DNA from: Lama glama
Taxonomy: Eukaryota
DNA length: 64,000 bases
Direction of reading: 5' to 3'
Assembly: GCA_028534125.1 (NCBI GenBank)
Contig: CM052816.1
Span: forward strand, 65,970,001-66,034,000
Shown here: in pieces, positions 50,130 to 62,533 of the stretch
Layout of the letters: every line of letters starts with the position of its first letter
Numbering within the stretch: the first letter of the stretch is position 1
Position numbers and translations under genes: made by a program
Notes under the pieces: model-generated
What the model saw: only the letters and a program-made list of their open reading frames with translations
Told to the model about the DNA's origin: nothing
The model's database searches: none

Positions 50130-50345
50130 ATGCTGGCCCGAGGTGCCAGCTCTGGAATCACACTGCTCGGAATCCCCGCTCTGCCATTACTGCTCGTGGT
50201 AGCTTGTGCCTCCTAACCTCAGTGTCCGTAGTCGTAAAAGGGATAATAATAGCAGCACCCTTACAGTGAGGATTAAAGGAGGTGAGCCACACGGTGCTGG
50301 GCACAATGCCTGGTACGTGGGCAGCGGTCAACAAAAGTTAGCTGC
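50130..50345 (+). mobile_element. MIR SINE
   Basis: 'gtaaaagggataataatagcagc...tgaggattaaa...gcacaatgcctggtacgt'. Confidence 0.75.
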
Positions 50346-51599
50346 TGCTGTGCTGGAGAGCTGCGGTAGCTACTAAATTTCAAACGAAAAATGGTGTGTG
50401 TGTTGGGGGTGGGGATTACCTAGGGGTATTGCCTGGGGAAGGACAGTTGGCCACCCAGACAGGTCCTTACAGAGTAGTATTTTCCCTGGTGAATTCCCAG
50501 GGTCTGCCCCTCGGCCAGGCAGTCTTAGGTGATTTTTTTGTGGTCCTCAGGGATGCTGACTCCCACTTTCAAAGCTCACAAGAGCCTTAAAGCTGGACTA
50601 TCAGTTGATTCCTTAAAAGCTACAAAATGGTTTGGCCCCACCAGTGCACACGTTCTGGTAAGTTCAGAAAGCCAACTGCCTGCGTAGTATGGATTTAGCA
50701 TAAACAGTCACATGTGATCAGAGTATTTACTGTCTCTCGGTTTTGAGGACCTAGGACATCCATGTGAGCAGGAGGGATAGTCTTTTTCAGGAGAGGCTGA
50801 CTCCCTGAGCCCATGTAGACACCCCCTCTTCCCCAAGGGCAGCACAAGTCAAGTCTCCTTTTTCTCCAGTTTACTCACTAGCCACCCTCCCTCCAGTGAG
50901 AGTGTTCTTCCTCCAGATATGCTAACACCTCAACCAGTGACTGTCTGGGTCCAGCTTGGGAGTCTCTTGCAGATGATTTTATATGACTCTGAATGGATCT
51001 CATAATCTGATGCTGAAATATGGTAAATTATTTTATTTTGTCCATTTCTGGACTCTAAGGTGAATACTTCCATGTGGCCCCCTTGCACTCTTTTCTCCAG
51101 ACCCAGCAGGCCAGGAATTGTCAGAGTGCTAAGTAAAATGGGCCCAACAGGCTAAAGGCAGATACCAGCCCCTGCAGCCAGTTTGAGGGTTGACTAGAGC
51201 GTCAGCCCAGCCTGGGCCCCACTTGGCTCTTTCAGCACCTCCTAGTGTCCTCCTCTGCGAGCCCTTGGCAGGCCAGAAAGTCTGGAAATGCTCAGTCTAA
51301 AGACTGACCTCTGTTGCTTTGGACTTCCCCTAACTTGACATCCAGGAATAGATCCACTTCAGTACTCCGCATTCAGTGAAGTCTCCTGACAGCTTCTCAC
51401 GGCAGTCGTACTTTTCCTTCCCAGCATTTATTACAAATGAAATCATCCTCTGTCCGTATTTTGTTATTGCTGTTTGATGACAAATTTACCGATGAAAGAA
51501 GGAACGGTGTTTTTTCACTGTCGTCTCCAAGAGATTAAAACAATGTATGACACATACAGACTTTAACAAATGTATATTGAATGATGAATGATTCCTAGG

Positions 51600-51760
51600 A
51601 CACTGTTTTTCAAACTGAGGGTCATAACCTTATGAAATCAACTTAGTGGGTCACAACCAGCAGGAAGAAAAGAAGAGATGGAATAGAATAGAAAAAATGG
51701 CCATGTATCACACCTAGGGAATTCTTCCATATGAACTTGTTTAGACATATGAATACGTCT
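51600..51760. mobile_element. hAT-Charlie fragment (MER119/Charlie4-like)
   Basis: 'ttttcaaactgagggtc...atgaaatcaacttagtgggtcacaaccagc...aatagaatagaaaa'. Confidence 0.6.
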
Positions 51761-52059
51761 AGACAACACAACACTCTGACACACACACAGTGTAATCTGA
51801 GTAAGTTGCTATTGTCTAGGAAGGGCAGAATGAGGGGTGATCCAGGGAGGGTTGTTTAAAAAAGCCTCCTGACTTTTAGAATAATTCTTATTTGTAAAAA
51901 GAAAAAACAATCCTAGAATTTTGTGCACAAAGCTCCAATAATAAGATTCAAAACAAGTTTTGACTAGTGTGTGTAGGACAGGGCTGCATCTGAATCTCTA
52001 GGTAGGCGTGTGAATTTTCTATACATCAAAAGAAGGTGCTGATTTAACATATTGATAAA

Positions 52060-52480
52060 TGCTCTGTTTCAGTTTTCTATTGCTGCATGACAAACTCTTC
52101 CAAAGAATGGTGTTCCAAAAAACAATCATTTTGTTCTGCAGGCAGCAAGGCTTGGCTTGGCAGTTCTTCTGTCTTCCTGTAGTCCTGAGCGTGACTACAT
52201 TCACTTGGCCAGTTGACTGCAGGCTGGGGACTCAGCTGAGATGATCCTACCTTCTGTCTCTCTTCATGGAATCTTGGGTCTTTCCTTCCCCTCCATGTGA
52301 TCTCTCCAGAAAGGTGTTCATATTTCTTTACCTGGCAGCTCAGGGCTCCCAGGACCACAAAAGCCAGGCCTTCTTGATGCATAAGCCCAGAAGCAGCACA
52401 CGGCCAGTTCTGCCATCTTCCGTGGGTTAAAGCCAGTCTCAGCCCCAGCGGACTACACAAGTAGTGACATTGCAGCAAAT
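52060..52480 (-). mobile_element. MaLR LTR (MLT1F/H-like)
   Basis: 'tcagttttctattgctgcatgacaaac...aaacaatcattttgttc...ttctgccatctt...aaagccagtctcagccccagc'. Confidence 0.7.
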
Positions 52481-53744
52481 GTAACAGAGTATCATTCTCT
52501 CCTAGGTCTAAACTGCATATTCCTCCCTCCCCACCTCTGCAGTGTTTTGCTCATGTGAGCCCTAGTTCTGGAAATGCCATCCCTCTACTCCTCCATCCAT
52601 TGAAATCCTACTCATTCTTCCAGGTCCAGCTCAGAGCTACTGCTGTGACTGTTTCCTTGACACGTCCCCCTTCTCTCATGCTGGAAAGAAGCACTCCCTT
52701 GTTAGTATTCTTACTACTCAGTACTCTCACAGCTTTATGTCTGTACCTCATGTCATGCCTTGGCATGGCGTTTTATACACGCACACTCAAGTGTAGCTCC
52801 ATTTCTAGATTCTAATTTGCTTATCTAAGATTAAGTCATCAATAACATGACAATCCTAAAGATTTATAATTTCTCACTGGTATAAGGAGATGGGTGGTGA
52901 GATGCTTTAAACTATTGGGGAAAAAAACCCACTGTGGAACACTAGCATAGAAGAATAGTTGCCTTTTGCATCTTCATGAATCCCTTCTCTAGGTAGTAAT
53001 TTTCACACTCGACCTATTTGTCTTGTGTTCTTCCAAAATAGTATATACTTAACTTCTTTATATGGTGATTCCTCTTACCTGACGTGAATAAGCTGAATGT
53101 CTTGGCTTGGAAAATTATACATTTCCACCAATTTGTATTTTATGGAAATGATTGAGGAACCATCAACCTTTATACAATAGTATCATCAGTCAAATATATA
53201 AGCAGATTTGAAGTTGCCCTCTCTTAATTGAGAAGAAATAATTGTCCTCTATTATGTTATCTATTAAATAATTTGTATTGTCTTTTAAAACTACGAATCT
53301 TTCTCCTACCTCAACTATGTATACTGGTAGTCTTAAACTGTGATCTGTGAGCCCCTGGGTAATTCATGCCTTTCAGAAGGAAATTCAGTTGAACCTTCTA
53401 AAATTACATATAGAACTGTGGGTACAAGTTTATATCTGCAATTTTCTAGGGAGATAGTCTAGTACGCTCATCATACAAGGTTGAAGAACCCCAATTACGT
53501 ATGGATTGTAAATCTGCTTACCCTCTTAGAATTCCTCTCTTACAAAAACAAGATTATTTTCCTACCTCATAAGTAACCAGTTTCTTCTGGAGAAATCGGA
53601 CATTTACATAAATTCTTAAATCTGTCTTTCATCTCTGCATTATAATTCTAGTTCATAACGTTTTGTCACACACCTTCCAACTGGAGATTCTCTGTCATCT
53701 CTCTGGCAGCTTCACCAACGTGATCTTTCTTAAAAACAGGCGGG

Positions 53745-53895
53745 CTTGCTACTTCTCATGTGATGCCTGGACCAGCAGCGTGAGCCGCAGCTGGGCATGT
53801 GTGGGTAACTCAGCAATGCAGACCCGTTAAATCAGAACCTGCATTTTAACAGCATCCCTGGGAAATTCCTAAGTATGTTAAAGCTGAAGATACCC
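53745..53895. mobile_element. MER5A-like DNA transposon
   Basis: 'ggaccagcagc...aaatcagaacctgcattttaacagcatccc'. Confidence 0.7.
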
Positions 53896-54919
53896 AGGAC
53901 GGGTGCATCTAATACCTCATTTCTGGTTTTCAAACAGTCAGGATTCGTTTTTCAAATTCTCTGTAATACCATTAACAATTATCATTGGATTTCTATTTTA
54001 ATATTACCTAACAGTTTTGATCAAAGCTCTTAACTTCAGAATTTGCAAGGGGCTGTTATGGGGGAGTGAGTCCATTAACTGGTCTGATTCTTAAGCAGCA
54101 CTGCTCTTCAGGACATATGTGTAGAACTTTATGGTCCCACCACCTCTACTCTTTGTTTTAGTGTCTGTACTTCTCTAATGGATTTAAAAACATTTAGAGA
54201 GAGAGGCTGGAAAATTAATTATTTTAAGATGAGCACTGTAGAAGAAATATCTTTGCTCAAAATTGAAGACGTGCCACTGATGCTGATTTACATTGGGAAA
54301 ATTCAGTTTATAATCTGAAAATTTTCTAAGGCGGAACTTGGCCGTCCCAGCTTCTCATAATAGATGGAGCAGTACTAAATTAAACATCTTTCCTGCTGTA
54401 TGGTGTGTGTACCAAACCCTCTTTTTCTCTAGCATTTGACTTTCATCTCTGAGAGTTTAGGGAATTTATGGCTTGGTGCATTTGGTGTGGCACGGTTCCA
54501 CATGTGAGGCATGGTGACTTGGATAGCGCGATAGAAGTATGTGCCAAGAATAATTGGCTTCTGTATTGCGGAACAGCTCAAATACTATGTGTATCACAGC
54601 ATGTAATTTGGGTGTACAAGATGCCGATGGTTCAAAGTGCTTTACTCCTCGGCAGTGGCAAGCTGAGCTTCCTGTTGGCCGGCTGCTTGTGTTTGCATTA
54701 AACAGCCTGGGTGCAGTTAGAAAGAAAACATCCCTCTAGAAAAGGCTTTCTCATAATCCTGCAAATGGCATCGACCTTAGCTCCAAGATTCTTTCCCTCC
54801 TCCTTCCCTCCCTCCTTTCCTTCCTTCCATTGAGAATAATGCAAAGCCATTCTTTTTCTGCTTACTTTGACTCTTTGTCAGCCTTCTCAAGCAGTATTTC
54901 CTTGCTATTACGAGGAATT

Positions 54920-55055
54920 ACCGGAGACTCTGGTATGATGTGCTGATTCCCAGATTCTTAGAATCTGATTCAGTAGCGAGGGAAGGAATATGAGAACTTG
55001 TGTTTTTAACTAGATGTCCAAGCTTATAATCAATCTGGTTTAAGAAACACTGAAG
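54920..55055. mobile_element. MER5-like DNA transposon fragment
   Basis: 'gaatctgattcagtag...tgtgtttttaactag...tttaagaaacactg'. Confidence 0.6.
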
Positions 55056-55721
55056 TTTCCCATGGGAAGGCTTTGGAGTAAGATGGACCCTGGTTATCAA
55101 CACCTGCTGTGCAACTTTAGGTAAATTATCTAAACTCTTCAAGCCTTGATTTTTAATGTGTGAAAAAAGGATAATGTTAACTCATTGCCATAAGGGGACA
55201 TTGTATACAAAATGCCCAACATAGTGTATGGTTTATAGTTTACAGCCAAAGATGTGAATCCCAGCATCTCGTTGTCAGGCTTTTGAAGGGTCAGTTTTGA
55301 AATTTCTCCAAAGTTTATCTGTCTTAGGTATAATTTCTAAAGTAATGAAACACATCTAAACTTTAATTCAACAAATATTTTTGAAGGTCTATGGTATGTC
55401 ATGAATTTGAACATACATCATCCAATTTAGTCATCACAGTAAACCCCACACGTAGAAGATATGATCATTCCCATATAACAGATATACAAACTGAGGCTCC
55501 GGGGTAATTCTGTATTTAGTCAGTGGCAGATGCACATCTAGATGTTTGAGGCCCAGTCCAGTCCTCTTTCTCCTCTAACATAGCAGCCTTCACCCTTGAC
55601 ATTTTGTCTGTCTTTAAAATAACTGACGTCTACACAAATAGCTATAGAAAATAAAGTTAATTTTCTGAATTCTTTTTTCAAATCACTTCAATTATTTACT
55701 TCAAGAAAACTATTTATACAG

Positions 55722-56050
55722 ACGAGTGGTCCTCAAACTCAAATGCATCGAGGGTTGGGCAGGTAATGTAAAAGGGCAAACTGGCCAGCTTTAATACAAT
55801 AAGGAGTGGTAGAGACTGTGGCAAACTGCAGGGAACAGCCCATCTAAAGGAAGCAATTTCTGCTTAGCTCCAGGCTCTTGTTGAAGTGCCAGGATGTGGG
55901 CTCCCTAATGTCACATCTTTAGCTTTTTTAAGACAGGAAGAATTTCAAACTTTTATGTGAAATTTCCCAATTTTTAAACAATGTGTGTGGGCCAAACAGA
56001 CCACATCTGTGGACCACATCTGGCCGGAAGACTGCCAGTTTGCAGTCTTG
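55722..56050. mobile_element. MER102-like hAT-Charlie element
   Basis: 'gtggtcctcaaactcaaatgc...gactgtggcaaactg...ttttatgtgaaatttcccaattttt...gggccaaacagaccacatctgtgg...ccagtttgca'. Confidence 0.75.
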
Positions 56051-56589
56051 ACCTCACTGCCCTTACTTCTCCGTTTCTCTTGACCTGGTGAATGTAGTCC
56101 ATTTAAATGGCTTGGATATGTAGTGGGCCCTTCTGGGTGGTGTCTTCACAGTAGACACAAATTTCTGAGGCTGATCTTTCGTTTCCCAGGTTCAGAAATG
56201 TGATTTTGGCAGAACCCAGTTAAACTGGGTGCTTTCATTGAGACTCAGAACTCAAGAACTTAGTACAAAAACAAGAACACTAATTAAGTAATTTATAAGG
56301 AAAAATACATTGCCAAGTAGACAGGATACCACATTAGCCTGAGCAGTTAATTCTCTCCTTGTAATTCATTCACCTAGGAAGCTGACTCCTAATCAGAAGC
56401 TGCTTTCATGCACGTGGAGCCAGAACCCGGAAACTGAAGGACTTAAAAGAAGTGCCTTCCTGCACTGGGCCTTAGACTCCTCCTCTCCTAATGGCAGCCT
56501 CGGCACTGGGTTGAAATATCAGGACCCCCCACCTCCTCAGTTATGCCAAATACACGCTGACCAAGTGTCTCCTGTGCTGCTATTGTAGG

Positions 56590-56772
56590 AGTGGTTCTCA
56601 AACTCATGCCCAGAGATTTGGTTAAAACACCGATTGCAGGGCCTTATACCCCAAGGATTCTGAGCCAGTACTTCTGGGGTACCACCTGAGGATTTTGCTT
56701 TTCTAGCAAGTTCTCAAGTGATGCTGGTGCTGATGAGTGACTGGCTGGGGAACTCCCTTTGGGAACCACTTG
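56590..56772. mobile_element. MER5A-like DNA transposon
   Basis: 'agtggttctcaaact...ttctagcaagttctcaagtgatgctggtgctg...tttgggaaccact'. Confidence 0.8.
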
Positions 56773-56931
56773 GCTCCAGTTCCTCTTCACCTACTGCTCT
56801 GGCCTGTGTCTCTGCTTTACTATGCTGATAGTCACATCCTGATGTTGGGGCTGGAACCTGGACGTTCGGACAATTCTTAGGTTGTCTATTTTTACATTTT
56901 TAAAGTATTTCATTTAAGTAAAAATACTTAA

Positions 56932-57048
56932 TTACTCTTAATTTGTCAAATCCAAAATGCCATTGATTGTAAAACATACCTGGGTTTTAGAGACATTAAA
57001 AATGTGGGAAGAAAAGAATGCACTTTCTTAGAGTCACTATAATTCAGT
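56932..57048. mobile_element. MER104-like (TcMar-Tc2) element
   Basis: 'aaatgccattgattgtaaaacatacc...tttagagacattaaaaatgtg...tcttagagtc'. Confidence 0.55.
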
Positions 57049-58469
57049 AAATTAAACCTCAGTTTGGGGTACTCTCCCCTGGGTTATGTTATATAAAGCT
57101 CAGTCCTTTCTTCAAAAGGACTTCTTTGAACTAGATGAATGCATCTTCTTTGCATCTTCTTTGAACTAACACAAGATGAATGTTAAGCCTCCCTTCCCCA
57201 GTTGTTAGTAGAAAAGACCCTGCGGGCACAGTGATCCGTGGCTGGCTTTATCATCCAACTGAAATTTATTGTTACTGTGTTTGCCCTCTGCTACTCGAAT
57301 ATGACCCTGGAATGCCGTATCTTCACTGAGAAATGAATCTCTTTTGCCTTATTGGATTGGTTGGGCCACGCACCTTTATGTTTTTAATAGTTGATTATCA
57401 GAATCACTGTTTCCTTGGCCACTCAGGAAAGGACAGTTAGGACAAAGGTTGCTCAACTGTCCTAATCTTACCTTGTCTTTATGGTCATAAATTACTGTTC
57501 CTAAGAAAAAAGGACGTCTGAAAAAGGGCTTTGTTAATTTCAATAAGTATCTTCATGCATGTGGAAGAGAATGACCTGAGAGGCAGAAATTCTAAATCTG
57601 TGCTAGCACTTCTCAGTCTGTTAATAGAAATTCTCTTAGGGGTCCATTTATTTATTATTCTTGGAAAGATATCACTAAGTGGAGTCCCTTAGTTATGTAA
57701 ATATAAAGGCTGCAGGCCTCTCTTTCCTCAGAGAAAGAGTGTGACAAGATCTCCCCCATGTCGTTAAAACCTGCTCCTCTCCTTGGTAATGTTTACGGAG
57801 AGTGGACCAAGTTACCGAAGAATTTGGGGCAATCTACCGGGAGAAAAGAGACTGAAACTTCACCTTTCTCTCTGAAATAAGAAGTAGGGGAAACACATTA
57901 AAATGAATTAAGGTGGGGCCACGAAGTCTATGGTCAGGAGAGAATGCTGACACAACAGGCCCTGGAGGGGTTAACTGCAGGAGGAAGGTTGATGATCCAG
58001 GGCTAATTTTTGTCTCAATAAGCAAGAGTGAAATCAAAGAGCTGCATTCTTGGAGTTTGAGGTTGGGCCATCGTAGAAGCCCATGGAATCCTGAACCAGC
58101 AGAGCATAGGACTTCACAGGACCAGTGCTTGGCTATGAGAGCACATGGCAGTGGCCGAGGCCTTCGTGCTAATTGGCAGTCCCGTCTCCACTTGAAGTTT
58201 AGACACAAGGCTGTACTTCAGACTAAATAACCCCTGAGGTTCTTGGACAATGTGAAGGAGAGGGAGTTTCCAAGGAGGAAGAGACTGGACTTACTACCAA
58301 AAGGGCAGCTCTAGACTCCAGTGATTAACTAGAAAAACAAGAGATGTAACAATAAGCACATCTAAGTATTATGCTAGTCTCTCTGGATGTAGAATCAAAT
58401 GGGACAAGATCTATTATGACAAGCAAGTAGACTCTCAAAAAATTATTCAAGTCTAGTTAGAGAAACTGA

Positions 58470-59160
58470 CATTTATTCATTTAGTGGACTATTGAGGATT
58501 TCCTGTGTGTCAGAACCGGGGCCCACAGAGAGATGAAATAAATGCCATCTCTACACTCAGGGAGTTTTCCAAATTCAATAGAATAGGTGTGATAATGGAA
58601 GTACTTGTAAAGATATACTCAAGTTTGCTGTCCAAACTTCCCTCTTTTCAGAAAGTGCTGGATATACATAATGTAGAGTTTCGTAGATAGTAATTGACTT
58701 ACACCCTAGAGACCACTTGGAATCTCTTCATAAATAAAAGAAGGAAGGGCATTTCAGACAGAGGGAACAACATTATAAAGTCATGGACATGTGAAAAAAA
58801 GAGATGACTTTCTGAGTAGCTTGTAGTATACAGGGTGCGAACAGACAGAATGGTAAAGAATAAGATTGGGTGTTAATGCAGTTTGGGGTCACCTTCTAAA
58901 ATGTTTTATTTATATTTATAGTCAGTGGTACACCACCAAATTTAAGCATGTCTTGCTGTGTTGTTTACTTTTGAGAAATCACTTAGGTGACCCAGGGGAA
59001 ACAGGTGGTAAGTGGGACTGAGAAAAAAGGATCAATGAACCCCTGGAAGCAGGAAGGGAGACCAGTTCAGGAGAGCATTAAAATGTTCTAAGCATGACAT
59101 GGTAAAAGAAAGTTGGAATCTGTACCATATGGCGAGTGTTATGGAAAGTAAAGGTGGTGT
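58470..59160 (-). mobile_element. L2 fragment
   Basis: 'catttattcatttagtggactattgaggatttcctgtgtgtcag...ggaagggcatttcagacagagggaacaac...agggagaccagttcaggagagc'. Confidence 0.7.
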
Positions 59161-59549
59161 AGACTCTGCTGTCAGTATGCTTCAGACATAAAACAAGTAA
59201 AACGTGAGAGCCGGGGCCTTATAATGTAGTTCAAAGTGCTGGAAAAAGCATGCAGTATATGAGTTACCACCGTAGACTGCATTTGGTTGAGATTGTGGCT
59301 AGGAGGTGGGTGTGAGAGACTATTGGTCATATTGGGGAAGAGATAAGAGGATGAGAGCAATGGCTTAAAAGAAAAAAGTCTCAAAACATTTGGACCTCCT
59401 TTGTGTAATGGTGGACACTATTTTGAGAATGTCAATTTTGGGAGACACCATAATAATGTGTTTGTGCGTATGCTTAAAAAGCCACCACCATAAAAGACCG
59501 GCAATCCACTCATGAAGTTCAAGGACCAATTTTTGCCCACAAGTGTGGA

Positions 59550-59745
59550 ACACGCTGCTCTTCTACAAACAGTAACTGTCACATTATATGGCGCTGCTCT
59601 TATTTTCTTGGTAATTTAGTGGCCATATAAACACGTATACGACTTGTGGTAAATATGGTGATTCTCACTTTATAACCAAAGAGGGTGGATGTTACAGCTT
59701 ATGAGCAGTTACGACTGTAAAGCCTGCAGCGTGAGTCATGGGGTT
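59550..59745. promoter_or_regulatory. Candidate enhancer (CArG-like, RUNX, AP-1)
   Basis: CATTATATGG 59582-59591, CCATATAAAC 59623-59632, TGTGGT 59645-59650, TGAGTCA 59732-59738; CpGs retained. Confidence 0.4.
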
Positions 59746-60079
59746 TGGCTCAGGTATTAAGATGTGTTATTATTCATGTTGGTTAGCTGAGTTTCCTGGG
59801 CTAACCTCATTGGAGTTTGCTCTGTAAGCAAAGGACTAGATTTTTACTGATAGCTCAAGCATCTGAATTCTGCTCCTAGTTCACTGGCTAACTGGTTCTG
59901 CAATTTGGAGAAAACGTTTAAATCTTTCTGTTGTTAGTTTCTCTATCTACAAGCAAGGGATCAGACCAAATTCCACCCAAAATTGAGAAATCAGTGATTC
60001 TGTGGTGTGGCAAAGACTGCCAATGCTGACAAAATATCCTTAACGGATTTGTTCAGTTAGTAATCAATATGTTTACAAA

Positions 60080-60475
60080 GTGAATCTTAATTATATTGAG
60101 TGGCATCTGCCCAGCTAAAAGACAGTATTTCTTAGTTTCCCTTAGAATTATGTGTAGCCAATGAAATTTACGCAAAGGGAGCTCGTGCTCAGAGGCACTG
60201 CCTTTTACCCTTGCTTCTCTTCCTGTAGTATGACTTGGGAGTGTTCATGTGATGGCTGGAGCCCCAGTGGCCATCTTGCAACCTGAATGGTCTTGAGAAT
60301 GGAAGATGCATAAAGGATGGTGGAGCAGAGAGATAACAGGAGTCTGGGTTTCTAGTGAAAATGGTGTCATCATTCAGCCTTGACCTACCTCTGGACTTTC
60401 TTCAGATAAGACAAAATAAACCTCTCTCTGATTGAAGCTACTACTAGCCACCGAATTCAGTTTCTAACTAATATA
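60080..60475 (+). mobile_element. ERVL LTR (LTR16/LTR33-like)
   Basis: 'gcccagctaaaagacagtatttc...gtgatggctggagccccagtggccatcttg...ggagtctgggtt...aaaataaacc'. Confidence 0.65.
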
Positions 60476-61807
60476 CTGATTATCAGGTTATCTTTATATA
60501 ATTTTCTATCACTAGGTTCTCTCTTTGCAACACTAGAGACAGTAGCTTAATAATAAACTTGGGGGTTTTTGGTGCTGTTAGAAAGGCAACATAATTAACC
60601 GAATTCCTAAAATTAATTATCAAATTTATGAAAGCACAGCCACAATATGTGAAGAATTGCCAGCATTTGTTAAAAACTGGGAGGGAGAAAATCAAGAGAC
60701 ATTTATTAATCAAGGAAACTAAAGAAATTTTCAAATATCGAAAGTTCTTGGGGTTTGGGGAGCTAGAAGTACTTTTGATCTTAGTCTGCAGCAAGTTCAC
60801 ATTTTAATAGAATGGAAACCTCTATTTTTCAGTACACCTGTGCTTTGATCTCCTTGTCTGTCATTGCAATGTGATTATGAGGATTACTGGGTCATTCTCA
60901 GCCTAAGTTGTTTTTGTGATTTAATTTTCTGGGAGAGGAAGGGGATCATTAAAGGATATCATTAAAAGGAGAGACATGAGGCTTGTAATTGACCTTCCTT
61001 GAAAATAATCCCATCTGGAAGATTTTATCGGTAAACGTTTATCAGTGCATTTGGCTTTTAAGCAGATTCTTCTCCTCATCTTGACAACAAACAGGCAAAG
61101 GCTAAAAAGGAACCACGTGAACGCTTCACACGCATACCCCTGGGGAAGAATATTTATATTTAAGAAAAAAGTTTTCTACTAAGATAATTATGATTTTTTT
61201 TCAGTTTTGCTTCAATGACTCTCTCAGATTGTAATTTGCAAGTTATGGCATTCTTCAGTGATTATACTTTGTTGTGATTTGTTTTCATGTTTGTTGAGAG
61301 TGGAAGTGTTAGGAAGGATGGGATGTTTCTGAAATCTAGTGAGCAGGTGCTTTGAAAATCTATTGTGGCTCTGTAGGTGTGTTAAGCCCAGCACTAGTCT
61401 GAAACTTCACAGTGTACTTTTCTAGAGTGCAGGAACTATTTTTAGGAAGACAAACATTGTTGTGGCTTAAATAAAAGTACCAACATGATGTATTACCAGT
61501 CAGAATACATAACCCGAGCATCTCGTAAAGTTGTGTTTTGGGGTATGAGGAGAATTGCTTCAGTTTTCATGTATCTAAAGGTTTCCTGTTTGGTTGGTTT
61601 TGCCTGTTGACTTCCATATGTCAATCATCACACCCCTTGTCATTTGTCAGTTCCATATCCACTTTCAGAAAGAGAAAATGCCTTTTTCTAAATCTATTTT
61701 GAATTTTTATATTACATTTACTGAAATAACCCCCCTCATTGATAACCAACTCTTGTTTCTTCCATTCCCTTGAGAATACTCTTCAGTCAACTTAAAAAGC
61801 AGAGTTT

Positions 61808-61909
61808 GGGAGGAGGGTAATAATAGCTCAGTGGTAGAGCATGTGCTTAGCATGCACGAGGTCCTGGGTTCAATCCCCAGTACCTCCAATAACAAAAAAA
61901 TATAAGAAA
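61808..61909 (+). mobile_element. tRNA-Ala(AGC)-derived SINE (short vic-1 type)
   Basis: ATAGCTCAGTGGTAGAGCATGTGCTTAGCATGCACGAGGTCCTGGGTTCAATCCCCAGTACCTCCA plus A-rich tail; TSD taaaaagcagagttt (61793-61807) / taaaaagcaaaattt (61910-61924). Confidence 0.88.
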
Positions 61910-62231
61910 TAAAAAGCAAAATTTGATGTTGTAGAGTGAAAAATGTCACACACCCATGAGCAGTTGTCCCACACTTGTTTTCACACTTAGTAAAATGTCA
62001 GGGATGCATTTCTCCTACAGGTAATATCTTGATGGCTTTATCTCCCCACTTAATGTGGTTCCGTGAGGTTTTAGGTAGAGTAGGGATACTATTTGGATTA
62101 GAACTCTTTATGAGGATTAGTTAGTCTGTGGATCCTAATATCAGAACTCTCTCCATTTTTGGCTTCATTCCCATTTTCCATACCCTGGGGAACAGCACCA
62201 ATGTCAGAATCCTCAAGCTCTATCTTTCCAG

Positions 62232-62305
62232 TTTTTTTTTTTAATTGAAGTTTACTTGATTTACAATGTAGTGTTAGTTTCTGGTGTACAGCATAGTGAT
62301 TCAGT

Positions 62306-62344
<39 letters not shown>

Positions 62345-62533
62345 TCTTTTTCATATTCATTTTCATTATAGGCTATTACAAGGTATTGAATGGAGTTCTC
62401 TGTCCTATACAGTAGGACTTTGTTGTTTATCTATTTTATATATAGTAGTTTGTATCTGCTAATCCCAGACTCCTGCTTTATCCCTCCCCAGCCTTTCCTC
62501 TTTAGTAACGTTAAGTTTGTTTTCTATGACTGT
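62232..62533 (-). mobile_element. L1 3' terminal fragment with (TG)n
   Basis: Poly-T, 'aattgaagtttacttgatttacaatgtagtgttagtttctggtgtacagcatagtgattcag'; TSD core tctttccag (62223-62231 / 62534-62542); TG repeat about 62308-62340. Confidence 0.9.

Noticed and set aside
2986..59738. Window-wide AP-1 (TGASTCA) enrichment
   Set aside because: About a dozen sites in 64 kb is not clearly above chance for a 7-mer counted on both strands
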